A DNA stretch of 64,000 nucleotides from an uncultured Maribacter sp. (GTDB lineage Bacteria; Bacteroidota; Bacteroidia; Flavobacteriales; Flavobacteriaceae). The stretch covers positions 18,924 to 82,923 of the forward strand of contig CANMKG010000012.1 of the NCBI GenBank assembly GCA_947498505.1, given 5' to 3'. Each line of letters opens with the position of its first letter. Positions within the stretch are counted from its first letter, which is position 1. The position numbers and the translations under genes were made by a program. Positions 8,372 through 19,179 of this stretch are shown here, piece after piece. The notes below the pieces were generated by a model that searched no databases, was not told the origin of the DNA, and was given only the letters and a program-made list of their open reading frames with translations.

Positions 8372-11300
8372 TTGGTGTTTTTGCTAATTTGTGTTTTGGG
8401 GACAATCATTTTGTCTTTACCTGTTGTGCAGACTCGTTTTGCTACTTATGCAACAGATTCCATTAACAAAGAGTTTGGTACAAACATTAAAATTGAAAAG
8501 GTAAGGCTGTCCTTAATTTCTTGGGACGTAGCCTTAAAAAGTATTTATATACAGGATTATCAAAAGGATACCCTTTTTTATGTTGATAGGTTAAAAACTT
8601 CCATTGTTAGTATTCGAAATCTAACAAAAGGTAAATTGGAGTTTGGTGAGATAGATGTTGATGATCTTCATTTTAAGTTAAAAACCTACGAAGGAAAGCG
8701 GAATACTAATTTAGAGGTTTTCATTGAGAAATTGGATGACGGTAAACCCAGAAAGCCAGGAACACCTCCGTTCTTTTTTTATGCCGAAAATGTAAAAGTA
8801 AAAACGAGTAGGTTTCAGTATATCGACGAGAATTTTGAAAGGCCAAAAATTCTTGATTTTAAAAAGTTGGAAATTAACGCGGATGATTTTCATATTCTTG
8901 GACCTGATGTTTCCGTAGGTGTAAATCAAATGTCTTTTAACAGTCAAAGAAATTTAGAGGTTCAAAAACTTACTACCAATTTTAAATACACAAAACAGCA
9001 AATGCGTTTTGATTCTTTAGGAATTCAAACGCCAAATTCTCATTTGAAAGGAAGTCTTGTGTTTGATTATGATAGGAAAGATTTTGTAGACTTTTTAAAT
9101 AAGGTAAAAGTGGATGCCCAGTTTAATGAGTCTACAGTATCACTTGGGGAAATTAATAACCTTTATAATGAATTTGGTGCAGATAAACAGGTCGTGTTTT
9201 CTTCTGGGTTTAGCGGTGTATTGAATGATTTAAATGCGGAGAAACTCTTTTTAAATTCAGATAATACAGGTATCAGGGGGGATTTTAATTTTAAAAATTT
9301 GTTTAATCGTAAGGAACCTTTTGTTTTAAATGCCAAAATTAAAAATATTACATCCAGTTATTATGAGTTAAGGGCTTTGATGCCAAAAGTTTTGGGAAAA
9401 TCGCTCCCAAAATCCTTTACAAAATTAGGTCAGTTTACGGTTTTAGGAAATGCAGTAATTACAGAAACTTCGATTGATGCTAAGGTGAATATTAACTCCG
9501 CTATTGGTAGTAGTTATACTGATGTAGTTTTAGAAAACGTAGATAAGGTAGAAGATGTTACCTATAAAGGTTTTGTATCTCTAATAGATTTTGATTTAGG
9601 CGGCTTTGTTGAAATAGATAAAATAGGAAAAACATCATTAGATTTTAATGTAGAGGGAAAAGGGTTTACAAAAGAAAGTCTAAATACAGAGGTAATAGGA
9701 GATGTATATTCCATTGTTTTTAATGATTATGATTATCAGAATTTAAAGGTTTCAGGGGTCTTAAAAGATCAGTTATTTGATGGTTTGTTGGTTAGTGATG
9801 ATGATAATATTAAGTTTAATTTTAAAGGACTTGCTGATTTTGGAGAAGGACGTAATAATTTCAACTTTAATGCAAATGTTGCTTATGCAGATTTAAAGAA
9901 ACTAAATTTTATAAGAGATAGTGTTTCTATTTTTAAGGGTAGTGTTATAATGGATATTTCAGGAAACACTCTTGATAATATCATAGGAGATATTAGTTTT
10001 AGTAAGACGAATTATAAAAATGCCAACGATACTTACTATTTTGATGATTTTAAGGTTTCATCTTCCTTTGAAAATGATTCTATTAGAACCGTAGAGATAA
10101 ATTCACCTGATATAATTACGGGCTATCTAAAAGGAAATTTTAAAACCAAAGAGTTGGGTAGGCTAATTCAAAACTCATTAGGAAGTATATATACCAATTA
10201 TAGACCTTTTAAAATTTCTAAAGGGCAAACATTGGCATTCAACTTTAGAATTTATAATAAAATAGTCGACGTTTTTTTTCCAGAAGTAAAGTTTGATCCA
10301 AATACCTTTATTAAAGGGAATATTGATTCGGACGAGGGAGATTTTAGATTAAATTTTAAATCTCCTAGTATAATTGCATACGGAAACGAGGCTGATAAAA
10401 TAGAGGTTAAAATAGATAACAAAAACCCTTTGTTTAACACGTTTGTTTCAGTTGGGGATTTATCTACGGACTATTACGATGTTCGTGATTTTAACCTTAT
10501 TAATACCACATTAAAAGACACACTTTTTTTTCGAGCAGAGTTTAAAGGAGGTAGCAAGTATAATGATAGTTATAACCTTAATTTTTATCATACGTTTAAT
10601 AATCAAAACAAATCGGTAATAGGCTTAAAAAGGTCGGAGATTGATATTAAAGGAAATACTTGGGTACTTAATAAAAACGGAGACGATAAAAACAAAGTAA
10701 TTGTAAACAAAACATTAGATAGTATTACAATTCGTGAAATTGTAATGAATAACGATGTGCAAGAACAAATTCGTTTAAAAGGACAATTGGCAGACTCTAC
10801 GTACAAGGACTTAGAGTTGCAGTTTAAAATAGTCTCTCTGGATAAAATAACACCCGTGGTAGATAGTTTAAGGCTTCAAGGTGAGGTAAACGGGACGTTA
10901 AATATTCTACAAAAAGAAGGCATTTACTTACCATCTTCAAATTTGAAAGTTGATGATTTTGGAGTGAATGATATTAGAATGGGAGACTTATCTGTTGGGA
11001 TAGTAGGAAATAGAGATTTAACAGATTTTGTTGTGAGCTCGCAACTTACCGATAATGGCATTGAAAAACTTGGTATTGTGGGTAATATTAAAAACACAGG
11101 AAACATTCCGGAGGCAAATTTACTCGCTAATTTCAGGAGGTTTGATATAGAGCCTTTTGACCCACTTGGGGAGGGTATTATTGGAAATATACGAGGTAAA
11201 ATAAGTGGTAGCGCACAAATTACCGGAAAAATAGATAATCCTGAAATCAATGGCCTTTTAACGCTTGATAATGCGGGCATAGGAATACCGTACCTAAACG

Positions 11301-12811
11301 TAAATTATAGTTTTGCTCCCAACTCAAGAGTAAGACTTAGTAAGCAAACTTTCAATTTTGAAAATATTGGATTGAGTGATGTTGCACATAATACGAAAGC
11401 AACATTGGACGGTACAATAACACATTCGTTTTTTAAAGATTGGGTTCTTGATTTAGATGTTGATACCTATAACAATCGTTTTTTAATTTTAGATACCGAG
11501 TATGAAGAAGGTGATTTGTACTACGGCTCAGGATATTTAAAGGGAGTTGGACGAATATTCGGGTCTACTAGGGCGCTTACTATTACCGTAGAAGGAGAAA
11601 CAGCAAGAGGAACATCTTTAAAAATACCATTGAGTGATGTGGCTTCGGTGGGAGATTATTCCTTTATAAATTTTGTTGAAAAGGGAGATGTTAAGTCAAT
11701 AGAGGCACAAAGGGTGCTAGATGATATTCAAGGATTGGAATTAGAGTTTGATTTAGATATCACCAAAGATGCAGTGGTGGAAATTGTAACGGATCAAAAA
11801 ACAAATAGCTCGTTAAGGGGTTCGGGAGAGGGGCCTCTGCTGCTGCGTATTAATACCAGGGGTAAGTTTGAGATGTATGGAGTGTTTGTTGTTGTGAATG
11901 GAGTGTATAACCATAAATTTGGAGGTGTTATAAACAAGACGTTTAACGTGCAGCCAGGAGGAACAATTACCTGGGATAGAGACCCATTAGGAGCTCAATT
12001 AAATATGGAAGCTGTATACTCTTTAACAGCTAATCCAGGGGCTTTGTTAGATAACACAGGATATACGCGTAGAATTAATACTGATGTTGTTATAAATCTA
12101 ACAGGAGAGCTTGAAAGTCCTGATATAAAATTTGAAATTGACTTTCCAGGGACAAATTCTATTATTAAATCTGAATTAGAATATCGCCTACAAGATCCAA
12201 TTATTGAAGAACGCAACGCACTTTTTTTATTAGCGCAAGGCTCATTTGTTAGTGATCAGTCTGGGTTTAATCAACAAGCGGTAACTGGTAATTTGTTACA
12301 ATCGGCATCGGGTCTTTTAAGTAAGGTGTTAAATGGAGATAATGACAAATATGATCTTGGTTTGTCATACGAACAAGGAGGTTTTGATAGAAATGCAGAT
12401 ATACAAAGAGAAGACCGTATAGGTGTAACAGTATCAACAAAAATTAGCGATAGAGTTCTTTTTAATGGTAGGTTAGGAGTACCAGTTGGAGGAAGTAGTG
12501 AGACAGTTGTTGCAGGAGATGTTGAAATTCAGCTGTTGCTTAATGAGGAAGGAACGCTAAGTGCCAAAATTTTTAATCGAGAAAATGAAATTCAAGAGTT
12601 TCTTGGTGATGATCAAGGGTATACCCAAGGGTTAGGTATTTCGTATGAGGTAGATTTTGATAATTTCAGAGAACTTTTCCGTAAAATATTAGGTAAAAAA
12701 GAAGAAGAAAAAAGCGTTCCGAAGAAAAAATCTGCAGAGAACAAAGCACCTTCTTCTACTATGGGAAAGGATAGCTTGTTAAAGTTTTATCCGAAGGAAA
12801 AAACGTTTTAA
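8372..12811 (+). CDS. Translocation/assembly module protein TamB-like (DUF490 family)
   Basis: 1479 aa. It has an N-terminal hydrophobic anchor (FLLICVLGTIILSLPVV), a long beta-rich body and a C-terminal TamB/DUF490-like region (DLGLSYEQGG...RIGVTVSTKISDRVLFNGRLGVPVGG). The start at 8372 is a TTG and is uncertain (see findings). Confidence 0.75.
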   Translation: MVFLLICVLGTIILSLPVVQTRFATYATDSINKEFGTNIKIEKVRLSLISWDVALKSIYIQDYQKDTLFYVDRLKTSIVSIRNLTKGKLEFGEIDVDDLHFKLKTYEGKRNTNLEVFIEKLDDGKPRKPGTPPFFFYAENVKVKTSRFQYIDENFERPKILDFKKLEINADDFHILGPDVSVGVNQMSFNSQRNLEVQKLTTNFKYTKQQMRFDSLGIQTPNSHLKGSLVFDYDRKDFVDFLNKVKVDAQFNESTVSLGEINNLYNEFGADKQVVFSSGFSGVLNDLNAEKLFLNSDNTGIRGDFNFKNLFNRKEPFVLNAKIKNITSSYYELRALMPKVLGKSLPKSFTKLGQFTVLGNAVITETSIDAKVNINSAIGSSYTDVVLENVDKVEDVTYKGFVSLIDFDLGGFVEIDKIGKTSLDFNVEGKGFTKESLNTEVIGDVYSIVFNDYDYQNLKVSGVLKDQLFDGLLVSDDDNIKFNFKGLADFGEGRNNFNFNANVAYADLKKLNFIRDSVSIFKGSVIMDISGNTLDNIIGDISFSKTNYKNANDTYYFDDFKVSSSFENDSIRTVEINSPDIITGYLKGNFKTKELGRLIQNSLGSIYTNYRPFKISKGQTLAFNFRIYNKIVDVFFPEVKFDPNTFIKGNIDSDEGDFRLNFKSPSIIAYGNEADKIEVKIDNKNPLFNTFVSVGDLSTDYYDVRDFNLINTTLKDTLFFRAEFKGGSKYNDSYNLNFYHTFNNQNKSVIGLKRSEIDIKGNTWVLNKNGDDKNKVIVNKTLDSITIREIVMNNDVQEQIRLKGQLADSTYKDLELQFKIVSLDKITPVVDSLRLQGEVNGTLNILQKEGIYLPSSNLKVDDFGVNDIRMGDLSVGIVGNRDLTDFVVSSQLTDNGIEKLGIVGNIKNTGNIPEANLLANFRRFDIEPFDPLGEGIIGNIRGKISGSAQITGKIDNPEINGLLTLDNAGIGIPYLNVNYSFAPNSRVRLSKQTFNFENIGLSDVAHNTKATLDGTITHSFFKDWVLDLDVDTYNNRFLILDTEYEEGDLYYGSGYLKGVGRIFGSTRALTITVEGETARGTSLKIPLSDVASVGDYSFINFVEKGDVKSIEAQRVLDDIQGLELEFDLDITKDAVVEIVTDQKTNSSLRGSGEGPLLLRINTRGKFEMYGVFVVVNGVYNHKFGGVINKTFNVQPGGTITWDRDPLGAQLNMEAVYSLTANPGALLDNTGYTRRINTDVVINLTGELESPDIKFEIDFPGTNSIIKSELEYRLQDPIIEERNALFLLAQGSFVSDQSGFNQQAVTGNLLQSASGLLSKVLNGDNDKYDLGLSYEQGGFDRNADIQREDRIGVTVSTKISDRVLFNGRLGVPVGGSSETVVAGDVEIQLLLNEEGTLSAKIFNRENEIQEFLGDDQGYTQGLGISYEVDFDNFRELFRKILGKKEEEKSVPKKKSAENKAPSSTMGKDSLLKFYPKEKTF

Positions 12812-12850
12812 AATTGCAAATTTTAGATTATTAAAATGTTACATTTTTAC

Positions 12851-12895
12851 AATCTAGATAAAGTTTTGTTTAAGAAAACGTTTTCGTAGATTTTT
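12851..12895 (+). terminator. Possible terminator after the tamB-like gene
   Basis: AATCTA (12851-12856) pairs with TAGATT (12887-12892). The loop encloses a GAAAACGTTTTC palindrome and a T-run follows. The structure is AT-rich and weak. Confidence 0.3.
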
Positions 12896-12942
12896 GCCTA
12901 AAAATAAGGGCTTTAACAGTTCTTTTATTTCAATAAGTTTCC

Positions 12943-12950
12943 TACTTTTG
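12943..12950 (+). promoter_or_regulatory. Candidate Bacteroidota -7 promoter box (TAnnTTTG) for pfkA-gap
   Basis: TACTTTTG is an exact match to TAnnTTTG and lies 18 nt upstream of the pfkA ATG. I did not see a clean -33 TTTG. Confidence 0.35.
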
Positions 12951-12967
12951 TTGGCTTAAATTATCAG

Positions 12968-13951
12968 ATGGCTAAAATACAAAAAATAGCAGTTTTCACC
13001 TCTGGTGGAGACTCTCCAGGAATGAACGCAGCCATTAGATCTGTAGTTCGTACATGTGCTTATCTTGAAGTAGATTGCGTTGGAATATATCATGGTTATG
13101 AAGGCATGATTGAGGGCAACTTTAAAGCAATGGATGCTCGAAGCGTAAATAATATTATCAATAAAGGAGGTACTATCTTAAAATCTGCAAGAAGTGTAGA
13201 ATTTAGAACAGCCGAAGGTAGAAAAAAGGCGTATAAGCAATTAAAAGCTGAAGGAATAGATGCCTTTATTGTTATTGGAGGTGATGGAAGTTTTACTGGA
13301 GCAATGATTTTTAATCAAGAATATAACTTTCCAGTTATAGGAATCCCTGGGACTATAGATAACGATATTTTTGGAACTACTTTTACTCTTGGTTTTGATA
13401 CTGCATTAAATACAGTTGTAGAAGCAATAGATAAAATTAGAGATACAGCAAGTTCGCACAATAGATTGTTTTTTGTTGAGGTAATGGGACGCGATGTAGG
13501 TCACATTGCATTAAATGCAGGTATTGGAGCAGGAGCTGAAGAAATTTTAATTCCGGAAGAAAATTTAGGATTGGATAGGTTGATAGAGTCTTTACGACGT
13601 AGTAAAGAATCTGGAAAATCTTCAAGTATTGTAATCGTAGCTGAAGGGGATAAAACAGGGAAAAATGTTTTTGAACTTAAAGAATATGTAGAAAAACACC
13701 TTCCAATATATGATGTAAGAGTATCTGTTTTAGGGCATATGCAACGTGGAGGAGCTCCATCATGTTATGATCGTGTGTTAGCTTCAAGAATGGGAGTTAG
13801 GGCAGTTGAAGCTCTCTTGGAGGGTAGAACAAGTTTAATGGTTGGTATTCAAGATAATAAGCTTATTCTAACACCAATAGATAAGGCCATTAAAGGGCAT
13901 ACAAAAATAGATAAGGAGCTTATTAGAGTTTCAGATATAATGACCGTATAA
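12968..13951 (+). CDS. pfkA: ATP-dependent 6-phosphofructokinase
   Basis: 327 aa with the motifs TSGGDSPGMNAAIR, IGGDGS, PGTIDND, MGRDVGH and GHMQRGG. Confidence 0.92.
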   Translation: MAKIQKIAVFTSGGDSPGMNAAIRSVVRTCAYLEVDCVGIYHGYEGMIEGNFKAMDARSVNNIINKGGTILKSARSVEFRTAEGRKKAYKQLKAEGIDAFIVIGGDGSFTGAMIFNQEYNFPVIGIPGTIDNDIFGTTFTLGFDTALNTVVEAIDKIRDTASSHNRLFFVEVMGRDVGHIALNAGIGAGAEEILIPEENLGLDRLIESLRRSKESGKSSSIVIVAEGDKTGKNVFELKEYVEKHLPIYDVRVSVLGHMQRGGAPSCYDRVLASRMGVRAVEALLEGRTSLMVGIQDNKLILTPIDKAIKGHTKIDKELIRVSDIMTV

Positions 13952-14980
<1,029 letters not shown>

Positions 14981-15008
14981 TAAAATAAATATTTTTTTAT
15001 GTAAGGAT

Positions 15009-15053
15009 ATCCTGAAAGTAAGTTATTTTGCTTATTTTCAGGATTCTTTTTTT
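15009..15053 (+). terminator. Rho-independent terminator after gap
   Basis: ATCCTGAAA (15009-15017) pairs with TTTCAGGAT (15036-15044), followed by TCTTTTTTTT. Confidence 0.75.
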
Positions 15054-15064
15054 AATACTGTTAT

Positions 15065-15916
15065 ATGATATTAATTGTAGATAGTGGGGCAACAAAAGCT
15101 GATTGGATTGCTTTGGATGAAAAAGGCAATCAGTTGTTTTTTACACAGACCTTGGGTCTTAGCCCAGAAGTTTTAACTAGAGAAGTAATTGAAGACAGAT
15201 TGGCTAACAATTTTGAGCTTTCTAAGAATAAGGAAAATGTTACTAAACTGTTTTTCTATGGAGCTGGTTGTGGAACTGACCGTATGAAAACATTTCTGAA
15301 AGATATTTTTTCAGACTTTTTCCCCAAAGCGAAAGCTGTTGTAAAAGAGGATACATACGCTGCGATATATTCAACTATAAAAATTGGAGAGCAGGGGATA
15401 GTGTGTATATTAGGCACTGGGTCTAATTGTAGTTATTATGATGGTAATCAATTATTCCAAAAAGTTACTTCATTGGGCTATATTCCAATGGATGACGGTA
15501 GTGGCAATTTTTTTGGAAGAAAACTTATACGTGATTACTACTTCAATAAAATTCCTCAAGACTTAGCTATAAAGTTTGCTAATGAATACAATTTGGATGC
15601 CGATGTTATTAAAGATAACCTGTACAAGCAACCAAATCCTAACACCTATTTAGCGACTTTTGCACGTTTCATGATAGAAAATAAAGAGCATCCATATTGT
15701 AAAGGTGTTATAGATAAAGGATTCCAACAGTTTATTAATAACTATGTGATGCAATTTGAGTTGGCAACTAAGGTTCCAGTTAATTTTGTAGGTAGTATAG
15801 CATTCTATTTGAAAGATGAACTAATATCGGTATTAAAACGTAATGACCTAGTTGTTGGTGTAATTCGTCAAAGACCAATAGAAGGTTTGGTAGAGTTTCA
15901 TCAAAACACCTTATAG
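15065..15916 (+). CDS. BadF/BadG/BcrA/BcrD-type ATPase, N-acetylglucosamine-kinase-like
   Basis: 283 aa. It starts with ILIVDSGATKADW (ASKHA phosphate-1 motif) and also has ILGTGSN. Size and layout match the flavobacterial GlcNAc-kinase-like family. Confidence 0.7.
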   Translation: MILIVDSGATKADWIALDEKGNQLFFTQTLGLSPEVLTREVIEDRLANNFELSKNKENVTKLFFYGAGCGTDRMKTFLKDIFSDFFPKAKAVVKEDTYAAIYSTIKIGEQGIVCILGTGSNCSYYDGNQLFQKVTSLGYIPMDDGSGNFFGRKLIRDYYFNKIPQDLAIKFANEYNLDADVIKDNLYKQPNPNTYLATFARFMIENKEHPYCKGVIDKGFQQFINNYVMQFELATKVPVNFVGSIAFYLKDELISVLKRNDLVVGVIRQRPIEGLVEFHQNTL

Positions 15917-15921
15917 GTTGT

Positions 15922-16302
15922 TTATTTAATTGCTATCATTGAAATTTCAACATTAACAAATTTAGGTAAATTGGCAACTTCGACAGTTTCTCTAGCAGGA
16001 GCTGTTTTGGAATTAAAATAGGAGCCATAAACTTCGTTTACCATTGCAAACTGCTTCATATCACTTAAGAATATGGAGCTTTTTACTACATTTTCAAAAG
16101 TTAAACCAGCTTCAGTCAAAATGGCTTTTAAGTTTTCCATGCACTGTCTGGTTTCTTTTTTTATGTCATCATTTATTAAATCCCCTGTTGATGGGTCAAT
16201 TGGAATTTGACCAGAAATATACAATGTGTTTCCCGCTAATATAGCTTGATTGTATGGGCCAATAGGAGCAGGAGCATTTACAGTATTTATTATTTTTTTC
16301 AT
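15922..16302 (-). CDS. ridA: RidA (YjgF/L-PSP) family reactive-intermediate deaminase
   Basis: 126 aa. The strings APAPIGPYNQA, ISGQIP, R.T.EV..LP and VEI are typical of RidA. Confidence 0.85.
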   Translation of the reverse strand: MKKIINTVNAPAPIGPYNQAILAGNTLYISGQIPIDPSTGDLINDDIKKETRQCMENLKAILTEAGLTFENVVKSSIFLSDMKQFAMVNEVYGSYFNSKTAPARETVEVANLPKFVNVEISMIAIK

Positions 16303-16321
16303 ACCAGTAGTTTTGCGAAAA

Positions 16322-19048
16322 TTATTGACTTCTAACGGGCTGACTTCGGTTTTCCCATTTAAGATCCTTAAGTATTGAGCTTTTTATTCCAATATAAAAA
16401 TACCATCTTTTATATTGACCAAAAGGGGTCCAATTAAATCGCATAGTGAAACTTTTTAAATCTCTTTCAAAGCGTAATTGCGTTAATGTAAAACCTTTAT
16501 TTTTTATATCATAACCAGAGGATCCTCCAATTTTCCATCTTGGAGATAATGAAATATCACCAGAAAACATTAGCGAATGACTGCTAAATTCATTTTGTCG
16601 TGCGCTATTAGAGTAGTTGGCTGCATATGCAAACCTAAAATTCCAGGGAATTTTGGTTCCATAGATAGGGTTTTCTACATCGCTGTCTGATCGCTTTTCG
16701 TCTTCTAAATCCCGTCGTGAAAAACTATCATCTTTTCCAAATAAATCATCATCACGCCCTCCACTTGCAGCTACGTAATCATAGGGGTCTGGTTCATCCT
16801 CTTCTTCTTTCTTTTCTTTTTTCTTGCCGAAAGTTTCGCTGTCTATTGAATAGCCTACATTTACATTGGCTCTAGTTAAGCGCAGTAAACTTCCGCCGTT
16901 GTCTATATTAAATTTATTAAATCTACGCCCATTACCATCAACAGCATAAGGGTCTAAACCAGCTGAAAAGTTGATAGACATTTTGTTATCCAAAATGGAT
17001 GTTCCACCGTTTACATTTAGCGGACTAAGTTTTAAAGAATCAGACTCAAAATTATAACCTGTAGAAATATTAAAATTACTAAGTAGGGGTATTTTTTTAG
17101 GTTTTGTTGCAGTAGAATCTTTATCTCTTACTTTTGCTTCTAAAGTATTTGCAAGTGAAAATGTAATGCTATTGGAGCGGTTTAAACTAGGGGCTCCGTT
17201 AAGTGTTCCTTGAAAGCGGGTATATTGCACAGGGTCGCCATTTGCATCTGGATATTCATCATAAAATTGTTCAAAAGAAGGTGCCCATCCGTATCCAATG
17301 GATGGTCTCATTACATGACGAATGGCTTGTATTTTTTTGCTTTCGCCAAAATTAAAAGTACCATAAATTGTTGTTCCAATACTAGCGCTTAGGTTGTATT
17401 TGTTAAAGCGATCAAAACCACTAATCGTGTCTCGTACAACTTTGTTTTCTTGAATATCAAAACTTTGTCTAAAAGTTTCAAGTGTCCACACATCTTCATA
17501 GCTTCCACCCATAGAAACACTTAAGTATTTGGCGACTTTAAAGTTTGTGCTAACGGGCAATCGGTGTCTAGCCCCAACTCTTGCGTTGTCAAACATTTCA
17601 CTTTTAAAAAAGTCTTCATCATTTGTAGAAATACTGTTGCTTGCATTAACATCATACTGAAAGTTTATGTTTTGCAGTGCTCCCTTTTTTATACCATCTC
17701 TTTTTGCAAACGGAAATATACGTTCAAGACTTGCTTGAAAAGTTGGCAATGTCATTTGTATATTATTTGTGGCAGCATTTTGTGAAGTAAGTTGACTATG
17801 CGTAGCTGTAACACTCATGTTTACCGATGGGTATGCAGGAAAAGTTTTTGAGTATGATATGGACGATGATAAAGTATTGTTTTGTGTATTAGGTAGGTTT
17901 TGTCGCTGTAATGAATTTTGATAATATTGGCTACTACCTAAGTTTACCGAAGCAGAGAATCTAGAATTAGGACTGGCTTTGGTGTCTTGAGAATGTGATA
18001 TTTGTATGTTGTAATTACTGGACCTACTATAATCGTCAAAACCTTTTTGGCTATTTACCAGATTTTCATACCTAATATTAATGTTTCCACGGTATTTATA
18101 TCTTTTGGTGTATATAGATTGCGTGTTAAAACTATAGCTTCCGTTAGTATAGAAACTACCCATTAGGGTCATATCTGCATATTCCCCAATAGGTATATAA
18201 TACCCCATGTCTTGCAGGAAATATCCTCTATCGGGTTCATTACCAAATGTTGGCATTATAATTCCAGCAGAGCGCCCAACACTTAAAGGAAAATACGCGA
18301 ACGGTAAAAAAATGGGCGTTGGTACATCAACAATGTATAAATTACTGAAACCTGCAATTACTTTTTTCTTTGGTACAAACTTAGCCTTGCGAACTCTAAT
18401 ATAGTAATCTGGATTAATGGTGTCTTCGGCTGTAGTTAATTTACCTTCACTTAAAAAGTAAACCGAATCATTTTCTTTTTTAGTAATATCTGCATAAACT
18501 TTCATGGCATCACTACCTAAAGCTCCTGCCGCTGCCTGTTGCTCCGTTCTAGAATTCCAAATTAAAGCTTTTTGAGTGTCAAAATTGAACCTAATGGAAT
18601 CTGGAATCACTTCATTGGTTCCTTGTTTAAAAAAGGGTAGCTGCGTATAATTACCTAAGGAGTCTTTTATTCTACCTGCATAAACCTCATTTTTAATGTA
18701 GTCCATTATTATTATACCTGCCTTTAACTGTGTGTCTTGGTAATTAATTTCGGCTTCGTTGTACAAGTATATTTTCTGATCGGTCTGACTTAGCTTAACA
18801 TAATCTTTTGCTTTGTATGTTATTTTTCCTAGTAGAATGGATTGCTTCTTGTTTAAAGAGTCAGAAGCAATACTATCTTGAGCGGTTTCGTCTTGAATGT
18901 CTTTTAGGGTTAAAATAGGAGCACTGATCGAGTCTTCAACAACATCATAAGCAGGGAGAGGTATGACTTTATCTTCTTGGGCAGAAGAAAATTTAATGCC
19001 TATAAAAAGCATTAAAAAGACAAGAAATAAATGTTTATTTGATTGCAA
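16322..19048 (-). CDS. Outer-membrane LptD-like LPS-assembly protein (Bacteroidota type)
   Basis: 908 aa with a signal peptide, a long beta-strand-rich sequence and an aromatic C-terminal region. It also has an internal acidic/lysine-rich insert. Its position next to ridA and the amidase is typical of Flavobacteriia. Confidence 0.7.
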   Translation of the reverse strand: MQSNKHLFLVFLMLFIGIKFSSAQEDKVIPLPAYDVVEDSISAPILTLKDIQDETAQDSIASDSLNKKQSILLGKITYKAKDYVKLSQTDQKIYLYNEAEINYQDTQLKAGIIIMDYIKNEVYAGRIKDSLGNYTQLPFFKQGTNEVIPDSIRFNFDTQKALIWNSRTEQQAAAGALGSDAMKVYADITKKENDSVYFLSEGKLTTAEDTINPDYYIRVRKAKFVPKKKVIAGFSNLYIVDVPTPIFLPFAYFPLSVGRSAGIIMPTFGNEPDRGYFLQDMGYYIPIGEYADMTLMGSFYTNGSYSFNTQSIYTKRYKYRGNINIRYENLVNSQKGFDDYSRSSNYNIQISHSQDTKASPNSRFSASVNLGSSQYYQNSLQRQNLPNTQNNTLSSSISYSKTFPAYPSVNMSVTATHSQLTSQNAATNNIQMTLPTFQASLERIFPFAKRDGIKKGALQNINFQYDVNASNSISTNDEDFFKSEMFDNARVGARHRLPVSTNFKVAKYLSVSMGGSYEDVWTLETFRQSFDIQENKVVRDTISGFDRFNKYNLSASIGTTIYGTFNFGESKKIQAIRHVMRPSIGYGWAPSFEQFYDEYPDANGDPVQYTRFQGTLNGAPSLNRSNSITFSLANTLEAKVRDKDSTATKPKKIPLLSNFNISTGYNFESDSLKLSPLNVNGGTSILDNKMSINFSAGLDPYAVDGNGRRFNKFNIDNGGSLLRLTRANVNVGYSIDSETFGKKKEKKEEEDEPDPYDYVAASGGRDDDLFGKDDSFSRRDLEDEKRSDSDVENPIYGTKIPWNFRFAYAANYSNSARQNEFSSHSLMFSGDISLSPRWKIGGSSGYDIKNKGFTLTQLRFERDLKSFTMRFNWTPFGQYKRWYFYIGIKSSILKDLKWENRSQPVRSQ

Positions 19049-19179
19049 TGCTATATATCCTATTTTTGTAAAAGGTTTAGCTTTTTTTTCGAAGTCAAAA
19101 CTACATATATTTTTTGTTCCGATACTAGACTATTACAATAATTTTAACCATTTCTAGGGTCTTTAAGGCTAATGTTAAT

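Noticed and set aside
16760-16840. A polypurine/polypyrimidine low-complexity tract (tcttcttctttcttttcttttttcttg), considered as a possible repeat element.
   Set aside because: It lies inside the LptD-like ORF and encodes an acidic/lysine-rich insert (KKKEKKEEEDE). It is coding low complexity, not a discrete repeat. The K/E/P/V-rich linker of the amidase at about 19,990-20,230 is the same kind of sequence.
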